Part shown: positions 1 through 14,372 of the stretch, piece after piece
Layout: each line of letters begins with the position of its first letter
Numbering within the stretch: position 1 is the stretch's first letter
Assembly (NCBI GenBank): GCA_032718475.1
Contig: JAUCBJ010009153.1
Span: 62,001-126,000 of the forward strand
Direction of reading: 5' to 3'
DNA length: 64,000 nt
Source of the DNA: Nemertoderma westbladi
Taxonomy: Eukaryota; Animalia; Xenacoelomorpha
Translations under genes and position numbers: made by a program
Notes under the pieces: model-generated
The model's database searches: none
What the model saw: the letters and a program-made list of their open reading frames with translations, nothing else
Told to the model about the DNA's origin: nothing

Positions 1-598
1 GTCCCAATTACCTAAAACAAAAATTCAACAGAGTACGCGATACACACTCTTACAGTACCAGAGCTAGTGCTTCAAACTTCTACCTCCCGAATTGTAAATC
101 CTTCGAATCTGATACTTTCTTTTTTAACGGCATAAAAAATTGGAACGCTCTGCCTAATGAAATTAAAAACCTAAATAATCAACATTCTTTTAAATCTGCA
201 GTTAAATCTCATCTCCGTGTGCAATGTAAAAATAGGTACAATAGTCCTACAGTAAGTTATTAGTTTATTAATTATTTACTATTTATACTGTAATTACGTT
301 TTTAATAAATTGTTCTGTACATTACATCTTTATCGTTGAGTCGGGCATTGTCACGCTCTCGGTAAAGTTGTACATGTACATAGTGTAATTACGTTTTATA
401 TTCGTTTAGGTTAGCGTAGTGTAATATTGTATTTGTAACCAAGTAACATAAAGGACCCCCTTGGAAATAAGCTGCAAAGCTTTAGGGGTAATCCTATATG
501 TTATGTTGGACAATACCTTTATACCGGTACATTGTTTGGTGTATTTGTTATTGTTTTTACATAATGTATAAATAAATCTATAAAATAAATCTATCTAT
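1..598 (+). mobile_element. LINE copy 1 (3' part: end of ORF2, 3' UTR, tail), CR1/L2-group; cut by window start
   Basis: Matches 13775-14372; ORF2 ends ...RYNSPTVSY* at ~263; tail ATAAATAAATCTATAAAATAAATCTATCTAT joins satellite GGCACTC at 599. Confidence 0.92.
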
Positions 599-3500
599 GG
601 CACTCTACCGGTACTACCTAGTAAAACAAACAAAGTTCGGCACTCTACCGGTACTACCTAGTAAAACAAACAAAGTGCGGCACTCTACCGGTACTACCTA
701 GTAAAACAAACAAAGTGCGGCACTCTACCGGTACCACCTAGTGAAACAAACAAAGTTCGGCACTTTACCGGTACTACCTAGTAAAACAAACAAAGTGCGG
801 CACTCTACCAGTACTACCTAGTAAAACAAACAAAGTGCGGCACTCTACCGGTACTACCTAGTAAAACAAACAAAGTTCGGCACTCTACCGGTACTACCTA
901 GTAAAACAAACAAAGTGCGGCACTCTACCAGTACTACCTAGTAAAACAAACAAAGTGCGGCACTCTACCGGTACTACCTAGTAAAACAAACAAAGTTCGG
1001 CACTCTACCGGTACTACCTAGTAAAACAAACAAAGTGCGCCACTTTACCGGTACTACCTAGTAAAACAAACAAAGTGCGGCACTCTACCGGTACTACCTA
1101 GTAAAACAAACAAAGTGCGGCACTCTACCGGTACTACCTAGTAAAACTCAAAGTCCGGCACTCTACCAGTACTACCTAGTAAAACAAACAAAGTGCGGCA
1201 CTCTAACGGTACTACCTAGTAAAACTCAAAGTTCGGCTCTCTACCGGTACTACCTAGTAAAACAAACAAAGTGCGGCACTCTACCAGTACTACCTGGTGA
1301 AACAAACAAAGTTCGGCACTCTACCAGTACTACCTAGTAATACAAACAAAGTGCGGCACTCTACCAGTACTACCTAGTAAAACTCAAAGTTCGGCACTCT
1401 ACCGGTACTACCTAGTAAAACAAACAAAGTGCGGCACTCTACCAGTACTACCTAGTAAAACTCAAAGTTCGGCACTCTACCGGTACTACCTAGTAAAACA
1501 AACAAAGTGCGGCACTCTACCGGTACTACCTAGTAAAACAAACAAAGTGCGGCACTCTACCGGTACTACCTAGTAAAACAAACAAAGTGCGGCACTCTAC
1601 CGGTACTACCTAGTAAAACTCAAAGTCCGGCACTCTACCAGTACTACCTAGTAAAACAAACAAAGTGCGGCACTCTAACGGTACTACCTATTAAAACTCA
1701 AAGTTCGGCACTCTACCGGTACTACCTAGTAAAACAAACAAAGTGCGGCACTCTACCAGTACTACCTGGTGAAACAAACAAAGTTCGGCACTCTACCAGT
1801 ACTACCTAGTAATACAAACAAAGTGCGGCACTCTACCAGTACTACCTAGTAAAACTCAAAGTTTGGCAATCTACCAGTACTACCTAGTAAAACAAACAAA
1901 GTTCGGCACTCTACCAGTACTACCTAGTGAAACTCAAAGTTCGTCCATCTACCAGAACTACCTAGTAAAACAAACAAAGTTCGGCACTCTACCAGTACTA
2001 CCTAGTGAAACAAACAAAGTTCGGCACTCTACCGGTACTACCTAGTAAAACAAACAAAGTCCGGCACTCTACCAGTACTACCTAGTAAAACAAACAAAGT
2101 GCGGCACTCTACCAGTACTACCTAGTGAAACAAACAAAGTGCGGCACACTACCAGTACTACCTAGTAAAACAAACAAAGTGCGGCACTCTACCGGTACTA
2201 CCTAGTGAAACAAACAAAGTGCGGCACTCTACCGGTACTACCTAGTGAAACAAACAAAGTTCGGCTCTCTACCAGTTCTACCTAGTGAAACAAACAAAGT
2301 TCGGCACTCTACCGGTACTACCTAGTAAAACAAACAAAGTGCGGCACTCTACCAGTACTACCTAGTGAAACAAACAAAGTTCGGCACTCTACCAGTACTA
2401 CCTAGTGAAACAAACAAAGTTCGGCACTCTACCGGTACTACCTAGTAAAACAAACAAAGTGCAGCACTCTACCGGTACAACCTAGTGAAACAAACAAAGT
2501 GCGGCACTCTACCAGTACTACCTAGTAAAACAAACAAAGTGCGGCACTCTACCAGTACTACCTAGTGAAACAAACAAAGTGCGGCACTCTACCAGTACTA
2601 CCTAGTAAAACAAACAAAGTGCGGCACTCTACCGGTACTACCTAGTGAAACAAACAAAGTGCGGCACTCTACCGGTACCACCTAGTGAAACAAACAAAGT
2701 TCGGCACTCTACCAGTACTACCTAGTAAAACAAACAAAGTTCGGCACTCTACCGGTACTACCTAGTAAAACTCAAAGTTCGGCAATCTACCAGTACTACC
2801 TAGTAAAACAAACAAAGTTCGGCACTCTACCAGTACTACCTTGTGAAACTCAAAGTTCGGCCATCTACCAGTACTACCTAGTAAAACAAACAAAGTTCGG
2901 CACTCTACCAGTACTACCTAGTGAAACAAACAAAGTTCGGCACTCTACCGGTACTACCTAGTAAAACAAACAAAGTTCGGCACTCTACCAGTACTACCTA
3001 GTAAAACAAACAAAGTGCGGCACTCTACCGGTACTACCTAGTAAAACAAACAAATTGCGGCACTCTACACTACCTAGTAAAACAACCAAAGTGCGGCACT
3101 CTACCAGTACTACCTAGTGAAACAAACAAAGTGCGGCACTCTACCAGTACTACCTAGTAAAACAAACAAAGTCCGGCACTCTACCAGTACTACCTAGTAA
3201 AACAAACAAAGTGCGGCACTCAACCAGTACTACCAGTAAAACAAACAAAGTGCGGCACTCTACCAGTACTACCTAGTAAAACAAACAAAGTGCGGCACTC
3301 TACCGGTACTACCTAGTAAAACAAACAAAGTGCGGCACTCTACCGGTACTACCTAGTGAAACAAACAAAGTTCGGCACTCTACCAGTACTACCTAGTGAA
3401 ACAAACAAAGTTCGGCACTCTACCGGTACTACCTAGTAAAACAAACAAAGTGCGGCACTCAACCAGTACTACCTAGTGAAACAAACAAAGTTCGGCACTC

Positions 3501-6500
3501 TACCAGTACTACCTAGTGAAACAAACAAAGTTCGGCACTCTACCGGTACTACCTAGTAAAACAAACGAAGTGCAGCACTCTACCAGTACTACCTAGTGAA
3601 ACAAACAAAGTGCGGCACTCTACCAGTACTACCTAGTAAAACAAACAAAGTGCGGCACTCTACCAGTACTACCTAGTGAAACAAACAAAGTGCGGCACTC
3701 TACCAGTACTACCTAGTAAAACAAACAAAGTGCGGCACTCTACCGGTACTACCTAGTGAAACAAACAAAGTGCGGCACTCTACCGGTACCACCTAGTGAA
3801 ACAAACAAAGTTCGGCACTCTACCAGTACTACCTAGTAAAACAAACAAAGTTCGGCACTCTACCGGTACTACCTAGTAAAACAAACAAAGTGCGGCACTC
3901 TACCAGTACTACCTAGTAAAACAAACAAAGTGCGGCACTCTACCGGTACTACCTAGTAAAACAAACAAAGTTCGGCACTCTACCGGTACTACCTAGTAAA
4001 ACAAACAAAGTGCGGCACTCTACCGGTACTACCTAGTAAAACAAACAAAGTGCGGCACTCTACCGGTACTACCTAGTAAAACAAACAAAGTGCGGCACTC
4101 TACCGGTACTACCTAGTAAAACTCAAAGTCCGGCACTCTACCGGTACTACCTAGTAAAACAAACAAAGTGCGGCACTCTACCAGTACTACCTGGTGAAAC
4201 AAACAAAGTTCGGCACTCTACCAGTACTACCTAGTAATACAAACAAAGTGCGGCACTCTACCAGTACTACCTAGTAAAACTCAAAGTTTGGCAATCTACC
4301 AGTACTACCTAGTAAAACAAACAAAGTGCGGCACTCTACCGGTACCACCTAGTGAAACAAACAAAGTTCGGCACTCTACCAGTACTACCTAGTAAAACAA
4401 ACAAAGTTCGGCACTCTACCGGTACTACCTAGTAAAACAAACAAAGTGCGGCACTCTACCAGTACTACCTGGTGAAACAAACAAAGTTCGGCACTCTACC
4501 AGTACTACCTAGTAAAACAAACACAGTGCGGCACTCTAACGGTACTACCTAGTAAAACTCAAAGTTCGGCACTCTACCGGTACTACCTAGTAAAACAAAC
4601 AAAGTGCGGCACTCTACCGGTACCACCTAGAGAAACAAACAAAGTTCGGCACTCTACCAGTACTACCTAGTAAAACAAACAAAGTTCGGCACTCTACCGG
4701 TACTACCTAGTAAAACAAACAAAGTGCGGCACTCTACCAGTACTACCTAGTAAAACAAACAAAGTGCGGCACTCTACCGGTACTACCTAGTAAAACAAAC
4801 AAAGTTCGGCACTCTACCGGTACTACCTAGTAAAACAAACAAAGTGCGGCACTCTACCGGTACTACCTAGTAAAACAAACAAAGTGCGGCACTCTACCGG
4901 TACTACCTAGTAAAACAAACAAAGTGCGGCACTCTACCGGTACTACCTAGTAAAACTCAAAGTCCGGCACTCTACCAGTACTACCTAGTAAAACAAACAA
5001 AGTGCGGCACTCTAACGGTACTACCTAGTAAAACTCAAAGTTCGGCTCTCTACCGGTACTACCTAGTAAAACAAACAAAGTGCGGCACTCTACCAGTACT
5101 ACCTGGTGAAACAAACAAAGTTCGGCACTCTACCAGTACTACCTAGTAATACAAACAAAGTGCGGCACTCTACCAGTACTACCTAGTAAAACTCAAAGTT
5201 CGGCACTCTACCGGTACTACCTAGTAAAACAAACAAAGTGCGGCACTCTACCAGTACTACCTAGTAAAACTCAAAGTTCGGCACTCTACCGGTACTACCT
5301 AGTAAAACAAACAAAGTGCGGCACTCTACCGGTACTACCTAGTAAAACAAACAAAGTGCGGCACTCTACCGGTACTACCTAGTAAAACAAACAAAGTGCG
5401 GCACTCTACCGGTACTACCTAGTAAAACAAACAAAGTGCAGCACTCTACCGGTACAACCTAGTGAAACAAACAAAGTGCGGCACTCTACCAGTACTACCT
5501 AGTAAAACAAACAAAGTGCGGCACTCTACCAGTACTACCTAGTGAAACAAACAAAGTGCGGCACTCTACCAGTACTACCTAGTAAAACAAACAAAGTGCG
5601 GCACTCTACCGGTACTACCTAGTGAAACAAACAAAGTGCGGCACTCTACCGGTACCACCTAGTGAAACAAACAAAGTTCGGCACTCTACCAGTACTACCT
5701 AGTAAAACAAACAAAGTTCGGCACTCTACCGGTACTACCTAGTAAAACTCAAAGTTCGGCAATCTACCAGTACTACCTAGTAAAACAAACAAAGTTCGGC
5801 ACTCTACCAGTACTACCTTGTGAAACTCAAAGTTCGGCCATCTACCATAACTACCTAGTAAAACAAACAAAGTTCGGCACTCTACCAGTACTACCTAGGG
5901 AAACAAACAAAGTTCGGCACTCTACCGGTACTACCTAGTAAAACAAACAAAGTTCGGCACTCTACCAGTACTACCTAGTAAAACAAACAAAGTGCGGCAC
6001 TCTACCGGTACTACCTAGTAAAACAAACAAAGTGCGGCACTCTACACTACCTAGTAAAACAACCAAAGTGCGGCACTCTACCAGTACTACCTAGTGAAAC
6101 AAACAAAGTGCGGCACTCTACCAGTACTACCTAGTAAAACAAACAAAGTCCGGCACTCTACCAGTACTACCTAGTAAAACAAACAAAGTGCGGCACTCTA
6201 CCAGTACTACCAGTAAAACAAACAAAGTGCGGCACTCTACCAGTACTACCTAGTAAAACAAACAAAGTGCGGCACTCTACCGGTACTACCTAGTAAAACA
6301 AACAAAGTGCGGCACTCTACCGGTACTACCTAGTGAAACAAACAAAGTTCGGCACTCTACCAGTACTACCTAGTGAAACAAACAAAGTTCGGCACTCTAC
6401 CGGTACTACCTAGTAAAACAAACAAAGTGCGGCACTCTACCAGTACTACCTAGTGAAACAAACAAAGTTCGGCACTCTACCAGTACTACCTAGTGAAACA

Positions 6501-9500
6501 AACAAAGTTCGGCACTCTACCGGTACTACCTAGTAAAACAAACGAAGTGCAGCACTCTACCAGTACTACCTAGTGAAACAAACAAAGTGCGGCACTCTAC
6601 CAGTACTACCTAGTAAAACAAACAAAGTGCGGCACTCTACCAGTACTACCTAGTGAAACAAACAAAGTGCGGCACTCTACCAGTACTACCTAGTAAAACA
6701 AACAAAGTGCGGCACTCTACCGGTACTACCTAGTGAAACAAACAAAGTGCGGCACTCTACCGGTACCACCTAGTGAAACAAACAAAGTTCGGCACTCTAC
6801 CAGTACTACCTAGTAAAACAAACAAAGTTCGGCACTCTACCGGTACTACCTAGTAAAACAAACAAAGTGCGGCACTCTACCAGTACTACCTAGTAAAACA
6901 AACAAAGTGCGGCACTCTACCGGTACTACCTAGTAAAACAAACAAAGTTCGGCACTCTACCGGTACTACCTAGTAAAACAAACAAAGTGCGGCACTCTAC
7001 CGGTACTACCTAGTAAAACAAACAAAGTGCGGCACTCTACCGGTACTACCTAGTAAAACAAACAAAGTGCGGCACTCTACCGGTACTACCTAGTAAAACT
7101 CAAAGTCCGGCACTCTACCGGTACTACCTAGTAAAACAAACAAAGTGCGGCACTCTACCAGTACTACCTGGTGAAACAAACAAAGTTCGGCACTCTACCA
7201 GTACTACCTAGTAATACAAACAAAGTGCGGCACTCTACCAGTACTACCTAGTAAAACTCAAAGTTTGGCAATCTACCAGTACTACCTAGTAAAACAAACA
7301 AAGTGCGGCACTCTACCGGTACCACCTAGTGAAACAAACAAAGTTCGGCACTCTACCAGTACTACCTAGTAAAACAAACAAAGTTCGGCACTCTACCGGT
7401 ACTACCTAGTAAAACAAACAAAGTGCGGCACTCTACCAGTACTACCTGGTGAAACAAACAAAGTTCGGCACTCTACCAGTACTACCTAGTAAAACAAACA
7501 CAGTGCGGCACTCTAACGGTACTACCTAGTAAAACTCAAAGTTCGGCACTCTACCGGTACTACCTAGTAAAACAAACAAAGTGCGGCACTCTACCGGTAC
7601 CACCTAGTGAAACAAACAAAGTTCGGCACTCTACCAGTACTACCTAGTAAAACAAACAAAGTTCGGCACTCTACCGGTACTACCTAGTAAAACAAACAAA
7701 GTGCGGCACTCTACCAGTACTACCTAGTAAAACAAACAAAGTGCGGCACTCTACCGGTACTACCTAGTAAAACAAACAAAGTTCGGCACTCTACCGGTAC
7801 TACCTAGTAAAACAAACAAAGTGCGGCACTCTACCGGTACTACCTAGTAAAACAAACAAAGTGCGGCACTCTACCGGTACTACCTAGTAAAACAAACAAA
7901 GTGCGGCACTCTACCGGTACTACCTAGTAAAACTCAAAGTCCGGCACTCTACCAGTACTACCTAGTAAAACAAACAAAGTGCGGCACTCTAACGGTACTA
8001 CCTAGTAAAACTCAAAGTTCGGCTCTCTACCGGTACTACCTAGTAAAACAAACAAAGTGCGGCACTCTACCAGTACTACCTGGTGAAACAAACAAAGTTC
8101 GGCACTCTACCAGTACTACCTAGTAATACAAACAAAGTGCGGCACTCTACCAGTACTACCTAGTAAAACTCAAAGTTCGGCACTCTACCGGTACTACCTA
8201 GTAAAACAAACAAAGTGCGGCACTCTACCAGTACTACCTAGTAAAACTCAAAGTTCGGCACTCTACCGGTACTACCTAGTAAAACAAACAAAGTGCGGCA
8301 CTCTACCGGTACTACCTAGTAAAACAAACAAAGTGCGGCACTCTACCGGTACTACCTAGTAAAACAAACAAAGTGCGGCACTCTACCGGTACTACCTAGT
8401 AAAACTCAAAGTCCGGCACTCTACCAGTACTACCTAGTAAAACAAACAAAGTGCGGCACTCTAACGGTACTACCTAGTAAAACTCAAAGTTCGGCACTCT
8501 ACCGGTACTACCTAGTAAAACAAACAAAGTGCGGCACTCTACCAGTACTACCTGGTGAAACAAACAAAGTTCGGCACTCTACCAGTACTACCTAGTAATA
8601 CAAACAAAGTGCGGCACTCTACCAGTACTACCTAGTAAAACTCAAAGTTTGGCAATCTACCAGTACTACCTAGTAAAACAAACAAAGTTCGGCACTCTAC
8701 GAGTACTAATAGTGAAACTCAAAGTTCGTCCATCTACCAGTACTACCTAGTAAAACAAACAAAGTTCGGCACTCTACCAGTACTATCTAGTGAAACAAAC
8801 AAAGTTCGGCACTCTACCGGTACTACCTAGTAAAACAAACAAAGTCCGGCACTCTACCAGTACTACCTAGTAAAACAAACAAAGTGCGGCACTCTACCAG
8901 TACTACCTAGTGAAACAAACAAAGTGCGGCACTCTACCAGTACTACCTAGTAAAACAAACAAAGTTCGGCACTCTACCGGTACTACCTAGTAAAACAAAC
9001 AAAGTGCGGCACTCTACCAGTACTACCTAGTAAAACAAACAAAGTGCGGCACTCTACCGGTACTACCTAGTAAAACAAACAAAGTTCGGCACTCTACCGG
9101 TACTACCTAGTAAAACAAACAAAGTGCGGCACTCTACCGGTACTACCTAGTAAAACAAACAAAGTGCGGCACTCTACGGGTACTACCTAGTAAAACAAAC
9201 AAAGTGCGGCACTCTACCGGTACTACCTAGTAAAACTCAAAGTCCGGCACTCTACCAGTACTACCTAGTAAAACAAACAAAGTGCGGCACTCTAACGGTA
9301 CTACCTAGTAAAACTCAAAGTTCGGCTCTCTACCGGTACTACCTAGTAAAACAAACAAAGTGCGGCACTCTACCAGTACTACCTGGTGAAACAAACAAAG
9401 TTCGGCACTCTACCAGTACTACCTAGTAATACAAACAAAGTGCGGCACTCTACCAGTACTACCTAGTAAAACTCAAAGTTCGGCACTCTACCGGTACTAC

Positions 9501-9995
9501 CTAGTAAAACAAACAAAGTGCGGCACTCTACCAGTACTACCTAGTAAAACTCAAAGTTCGGCACTCTACCGGTACTACCTAGTAAAACAAACAAAGTGCG
9601 GCACTCTACCGGTACTACCTAGTAAAACAAACAAAGTGCGGCACTCTACCGGTACTACCTAGTAAAACAAACAAAGTGCGGCACTCTACCGGTACTACCT
9701 AGTAAAACTCAAAGTCCGGCACTCTACCAGTACTACCTAGTAAAACAAACAAAGTGCGGCACTCTAACGGTACTACCTAGTAAAACTCAAAGTTCGGCAC
9801 TCTACCGGTACTACCTAGTAAAACAAACAAAGTGCGGCACTCTACCAGTACTACCTGGTGAAACAAACAAAGTTCGGCACTCTACCAGTACTACCTAGTA
9901 ATACAAACAAAGTGCGGCACTCTACCAGTACTACCTAGTAAAACTCAAAGTTTGGCAATCTACCAGTACTACCTAGTAAAACAAACAAAGTTCGG
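599..9995. repeat. 40/39-bp tandem satellite, block 1
   Basis: Continuous monomers GGCACTCTACC(A/G)GTACTACCTAGT(A/G)AAACAAACAAAGT(G/T/C)C; 39-bp variant has AAACTCAAAG in place of AAACAAACAAAG. Confidence 0.99.
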
Positions 9996-10095
9996 NNNNN
10001 NNNNNNNNNNNNNNNNNNNNNNNNNNNNNNNNNNNNNNNNNNNNNNNNNNNNNNNNNNNNNNNNNNNNNNNNNNNNNNNNNNNNNNNNNNNNNNN
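9996..10095. other. Assembly gap (100 N)
   Basis: Run of exactly 100 N, the usual placeholder for a gap of unknown size. Confidence 0.99.
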
Positions 10096-12961
10096 GGTGA
10101 AACAAACAAAGTTCGGCACTCTACCAGTACTACCTAGTAATACAAACAAAGTGCGGCACTCTACCAGTACTACCTAGTAAAACTCAAAGTTTGGCAATCT
10201 ACCAGTACTACCTAGTAAAACAAACAAAGTTCGGCACTCTACGAGTACTAATAGTGAAACTCAAAGTTCGTCCATCTACCAGTACTACCTAGTAAAACAA
10301 ACAAAGTTCGGCACTCTACCAGTACTATCTAGTGAAACAAACAAAGTTCGGCACTCTACCGGTACTACCTAGTAAAACAAACAAAGTCCGGCACTCTACC
10401 AGTACTACCTAGTAAAACAAACAAAGTGCGGCACTCTACCAGTACTACCTAGTGAAACAAACAAAGTGCGGCACTCTACCAGTACTACCTAGTAAAACAA
10501 ACAAAGTTCGGCACTCTACCGGTACTACCTAGTAAAACAAACAAAGTGCGGCACTCTACCAGTACTACCTAGTAAAACAAACAAAGTGCGGCACTCTACC
10601 GGTACTACCTAGTAAAACAAACAAAGTTCGGCACTCTACCGGTACTACCTAGTAAAACAAACAAAGTGCGGCACTCTACCGGTACTACCTAGTAAAACAA
10701 ACAAAGTGCGGCACTCTACGGGTACTACCTAGTAAAACAAACAAAGTGCGGCACTCTACCGGTACTACCTAGTAAAACTCAAAGTCCGGCACTCTACCAG
10801 TACTACCTAGTAAAACAAACAAAGTGCGGCACTCTAACGGTACTACCTAGTAAAACTCAAAGTTCGGCTCTCTACCGGTACTACCTAGTAAAACAAACAA
10901 AGTGCGGCACTCTACCAGTACTACCTGGTGAAACAAACAAAGTTCGGCACTCTACCAGTACTACCTAGTAATACAAACAAAGTGCGGCACTCTACCAGTA
11001 CTACCTAGTAAAACTCAAAGTTCGGCACTCTACCGGTACTACCTAGTAAAACAAACAAAGTGCGGCACTCTACCAGTACTACCTAGTAAAACTCAAAGTT
11101 CGGCACTCTACCGGTACTACCTAGTAAAACAAACAAAGTGCGGCACTCTACCGGTACTACCTAGTAAAACAAACAAAGTGCGGCACTCTACCGGTACTAC
11201 CTAGTAAAACAAACAAAGTGCGGCACTCTACCGGTACTACCTAGTAAAACTCAAAGTCCGGCACTCTACCAGTACTACCTAGTAAAACAAACAAAGTGCG
11301 GCACTCTAACGGTACTACCTAGTAAAACTCAAAGTTCGGCACTCTACCGGTACTACCTAGTAAAACAAACAAAGTGCGGCACTCTACCAGTACTACCTGG
11401 TGAAACAAACAAAGTTCGGCACTCTACCAGTACTACCTAGTAATACAAACAAAGTGCGGCACTCTACCAGTACTACCTAGTAAAACTCAAAGTTTGGCAA
11501 TCTACCAGTACTACCTAGTAAAACAAACAAAGTTCGGCACTCTACGAGTACTAATAGTGAAACTCAAAGTTCGTCCATCTACCAGTACTACCTAGTAAAA
11601 CAAACAAAGTTCGGCACTCTACCAGTACTACCTAGTGAAACAAACAAAGTTCGGCACTCTACCGGTACTACCTAGTAAAACAAACAAAGTCCGGCACTCT
11701 ACCAGTACTACCTAGTAAAACAAACAAAGTGCGGCACTCTACCAGTACTACCTAGTGAAACAAACAAAGTGCGGCACTCTACCAGTACTACCTAGTAAAA
11801 CAAACAAAGTGCGGCACTCTACCGGTACTACCTAGTGAAACAAACAAAGTGCGGCACTCTACCGGTACTACCTAGTGAAACAAACAAAGTTCGGCTCTCT
11901 ACCAGTTCTACCTAGTGAAACAAACAAAGTTCGGCACTCTACCGGTACTACCTAGTAAAACAAACAAAGTGCGGCACTCTACCAGTACTACCTAGTGAAA
12001 CAAACAAAGTTCGGCACTCTACCAGTACTACCTAGTGAAACAAACAAAGTTCGGCACTCTACCGGTACTACCTAGTAAAACAAACAAAGTGCAGCACTCT
12101 ACCGGTACAACCTAGTGAAACAAACAAACTGCGGCACTCTACCAGTACTACCTAGTAAAACAAACAAAGTGCGGCACTCTACCAGTACTACCTAGTGAAA
12201 CAAACAAAGTGCGGCACTCTACCAGTACTACCTAGTAAAACAAACAAAGTGCGGCACTCTACCGGTACTACCTAGTGAAACAAACAAAGTGCGGCACTCT
12301 ACCGGTACCACCTAGTGAAACAAACAAAGTTCGGCACTCTACCAGTACTACCTAGTAAAACAAACAAAGTTCGGCACTCTACCGGTACTACCTAGTAAAA
12401 CAAACAAAGTGTGGCACTCTACCAGTACTACCTAGTAAAACAAACAAAGTGCGGCACTCTACCAGTACTACCTAGTAAAACTCAAAGTTCGGCACTCTAC
12501 CGGTACTACCTAGTAAAACAAACAAAGTGCGGCACTCTACCGGTACTACCTAGTAAAACAAACAAAGTGCGGCACTCTACCGGTACTACCTAGTAAAACA
12601 AACAAAGTGCGGCACTCTACCGGTACTACCTAGTAAAACTCAAAGTCCGGCACTCTACCAGTACTACCTAGTAAAACAAACAAAGTGCGGCACTCTAACG
12701 GTACTACCTAGTAAAACTCAAAGTTCGGCACTCTCCCGGTACTACCTAGTAAAACAAACAAAGTGCGGCACTCTACCAGTACTACCTAGTAAAACTCAAA
12801 GTTTGGCAATCTACCAGTACTACCTAGTAAAACAAACAAAGTTCGGCACTCTACCAGTACTACCTAGTGAAACTCAAAGTTCGTCCATCTACCAGTACTA
12901 CCTAGTAAAACAAACAAAGTTCGGCACTCTACCAGTACTACCTAGTGAAACAAACAAAGTT
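10096..12961. repeat. 40/39-bp tandem satellite, block 2
   Basis: Same monomer and orientation. Confidence 0.99.
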
Positions 12962-14372
12962 TAGGCCTGATGGGTGTAGGTTCTATAGACTGGTTCAAGT
13001 CCTACCTGTCAGACAGAGGTCAAACTGTAGTCATTAGCAAATCGCTGTCTACTGTACAAGAGATTACCTGTGGTGTACCGCAAGGTAGTATATTAGGTCC
13101 TCTGCTTTTTGTATGCTATGTAAATGATATGATAAGTAGTATAGATCCCGATTTTAAACTCATTTTATATGCCGACGACAGTGCTCTTATTTTCTCTCAT
13201 AAAGATCCTATCCATATTTCCCAAAAGTTAAGTGCAGTTCTAGAATCCTGTAATGAGTGGTTGGTTGATAATAAGCTATCCATTCACTACGGTAAAACTG
13301 AAAGTATTTTGTTTGGTTCCAAAAGAAAGTTAAAGAAGGTAACTAAGTTTGAAGTCACTAGTAATGGACATAAGATTGAAAATAAATAGGAAGTTAAATA
13401 TTTAGGCGCCACATTAGATAACTGCTTATCAGGAGAAAGTACAGTGAAAAATATTTTCTCGAAAGTTAACAGTAGGCTTAGGTTTCTATACAGAAATAAA
13501 AATAGTTTGAACACCGACTCCCGCAAGTTACTTTGCTCTTCTTTAATACAGTGTCACATGGACTATGCGTGCTCTTCTTGGTATGAAGGCTTAACCTAAC
13601 AGCTTAAATGTAAATTACAAGTAGCTCAGAATAAAGTAGTACGATTTATTAAAGACTACAAACCTAGACACCACCTAACTCCAGATGACTTTTCTGAATC
13701 TGGACTACTTAACTTAGATAGTAGAGTTAAGCAGCTACGCCTTAACCATGTGCATAAAGTGTATAATGGTAAATGTCCCAATTACCTAAAACAAAAATTC
13801 AACAGAGTACGCGATACACACTCTTACAGTACCAGAGCTAGTGCTTCAAACTTCTACCTCCCGAATTGTAAATCCTTCGAATCTGATACTTTCTTTTTTA
13901 ACGGCATAAAAAATTGGAACGCTCTGCCTAATGAAATTAAAAACCTAAATAATCAACATTCTTTTAAATCTGCAGTTAAATCTCATCTCCGTGTGCAATG
14001 TAAAAATAGGTACAATAGTCCTACAGTAAGTTATTAGTTTATTAATTATTTACTATTTATACTGTAATTACGTTTTTAATAAATTGTTCTGTACATTACA
14101 TCTTTATCGTTGAGTCGGGCATTGTCACGCTCTCGGTAAAGTTGTACATGTACATAGTGTAATTACGTTTTATATTCGTTTAGGTTAGCGTAGTGTAATA
14201 TTGTATTTGTAACCAAGTAACATAAAGGACCCCCTTGGAAATAAGCTGCAAAGCTTTAGGGGTAATCCTATATGTTATGTTGGACAATACCTTTATACCG
14301 GTACATTGTTTGGTGTATTTGTTATTGTTTTTACATAATGTATAAATAAATCTATAAAATAAATCTATCTAT
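12962..14372 (+). mobile_element. LINE copy 2, 5'-truncated non-LTR retrotransposon (CR1/L2/Crack-like group)
   Basis: RT motifs WFKSYLSDRGQ, CGVPQGSILGPLLF, YADD, KYLG; C-terminal DYACSSW and KNWNALP; microsatellite-like tail; no TSD (1-2 bp of the satellite target lost). Confidence 0.93.
12970..14037 (+). pseudogene. Reverse transcriptase ORF2 fragment with two in-frame stops
   Basis: ORFs 12970-13389 and 13750-14037 share a frame; TAG at 13387 and TAA at ~13597. Confidence 0.9.

Noticed and set aside
4520-4565. RAG/Transib RSS-like heptamer CACAGTG in a 39/40-bp unit
   Set aside because: Rare variant of CAAAGTG; no ACAAAAACC nonamer at 12 or 23 bp
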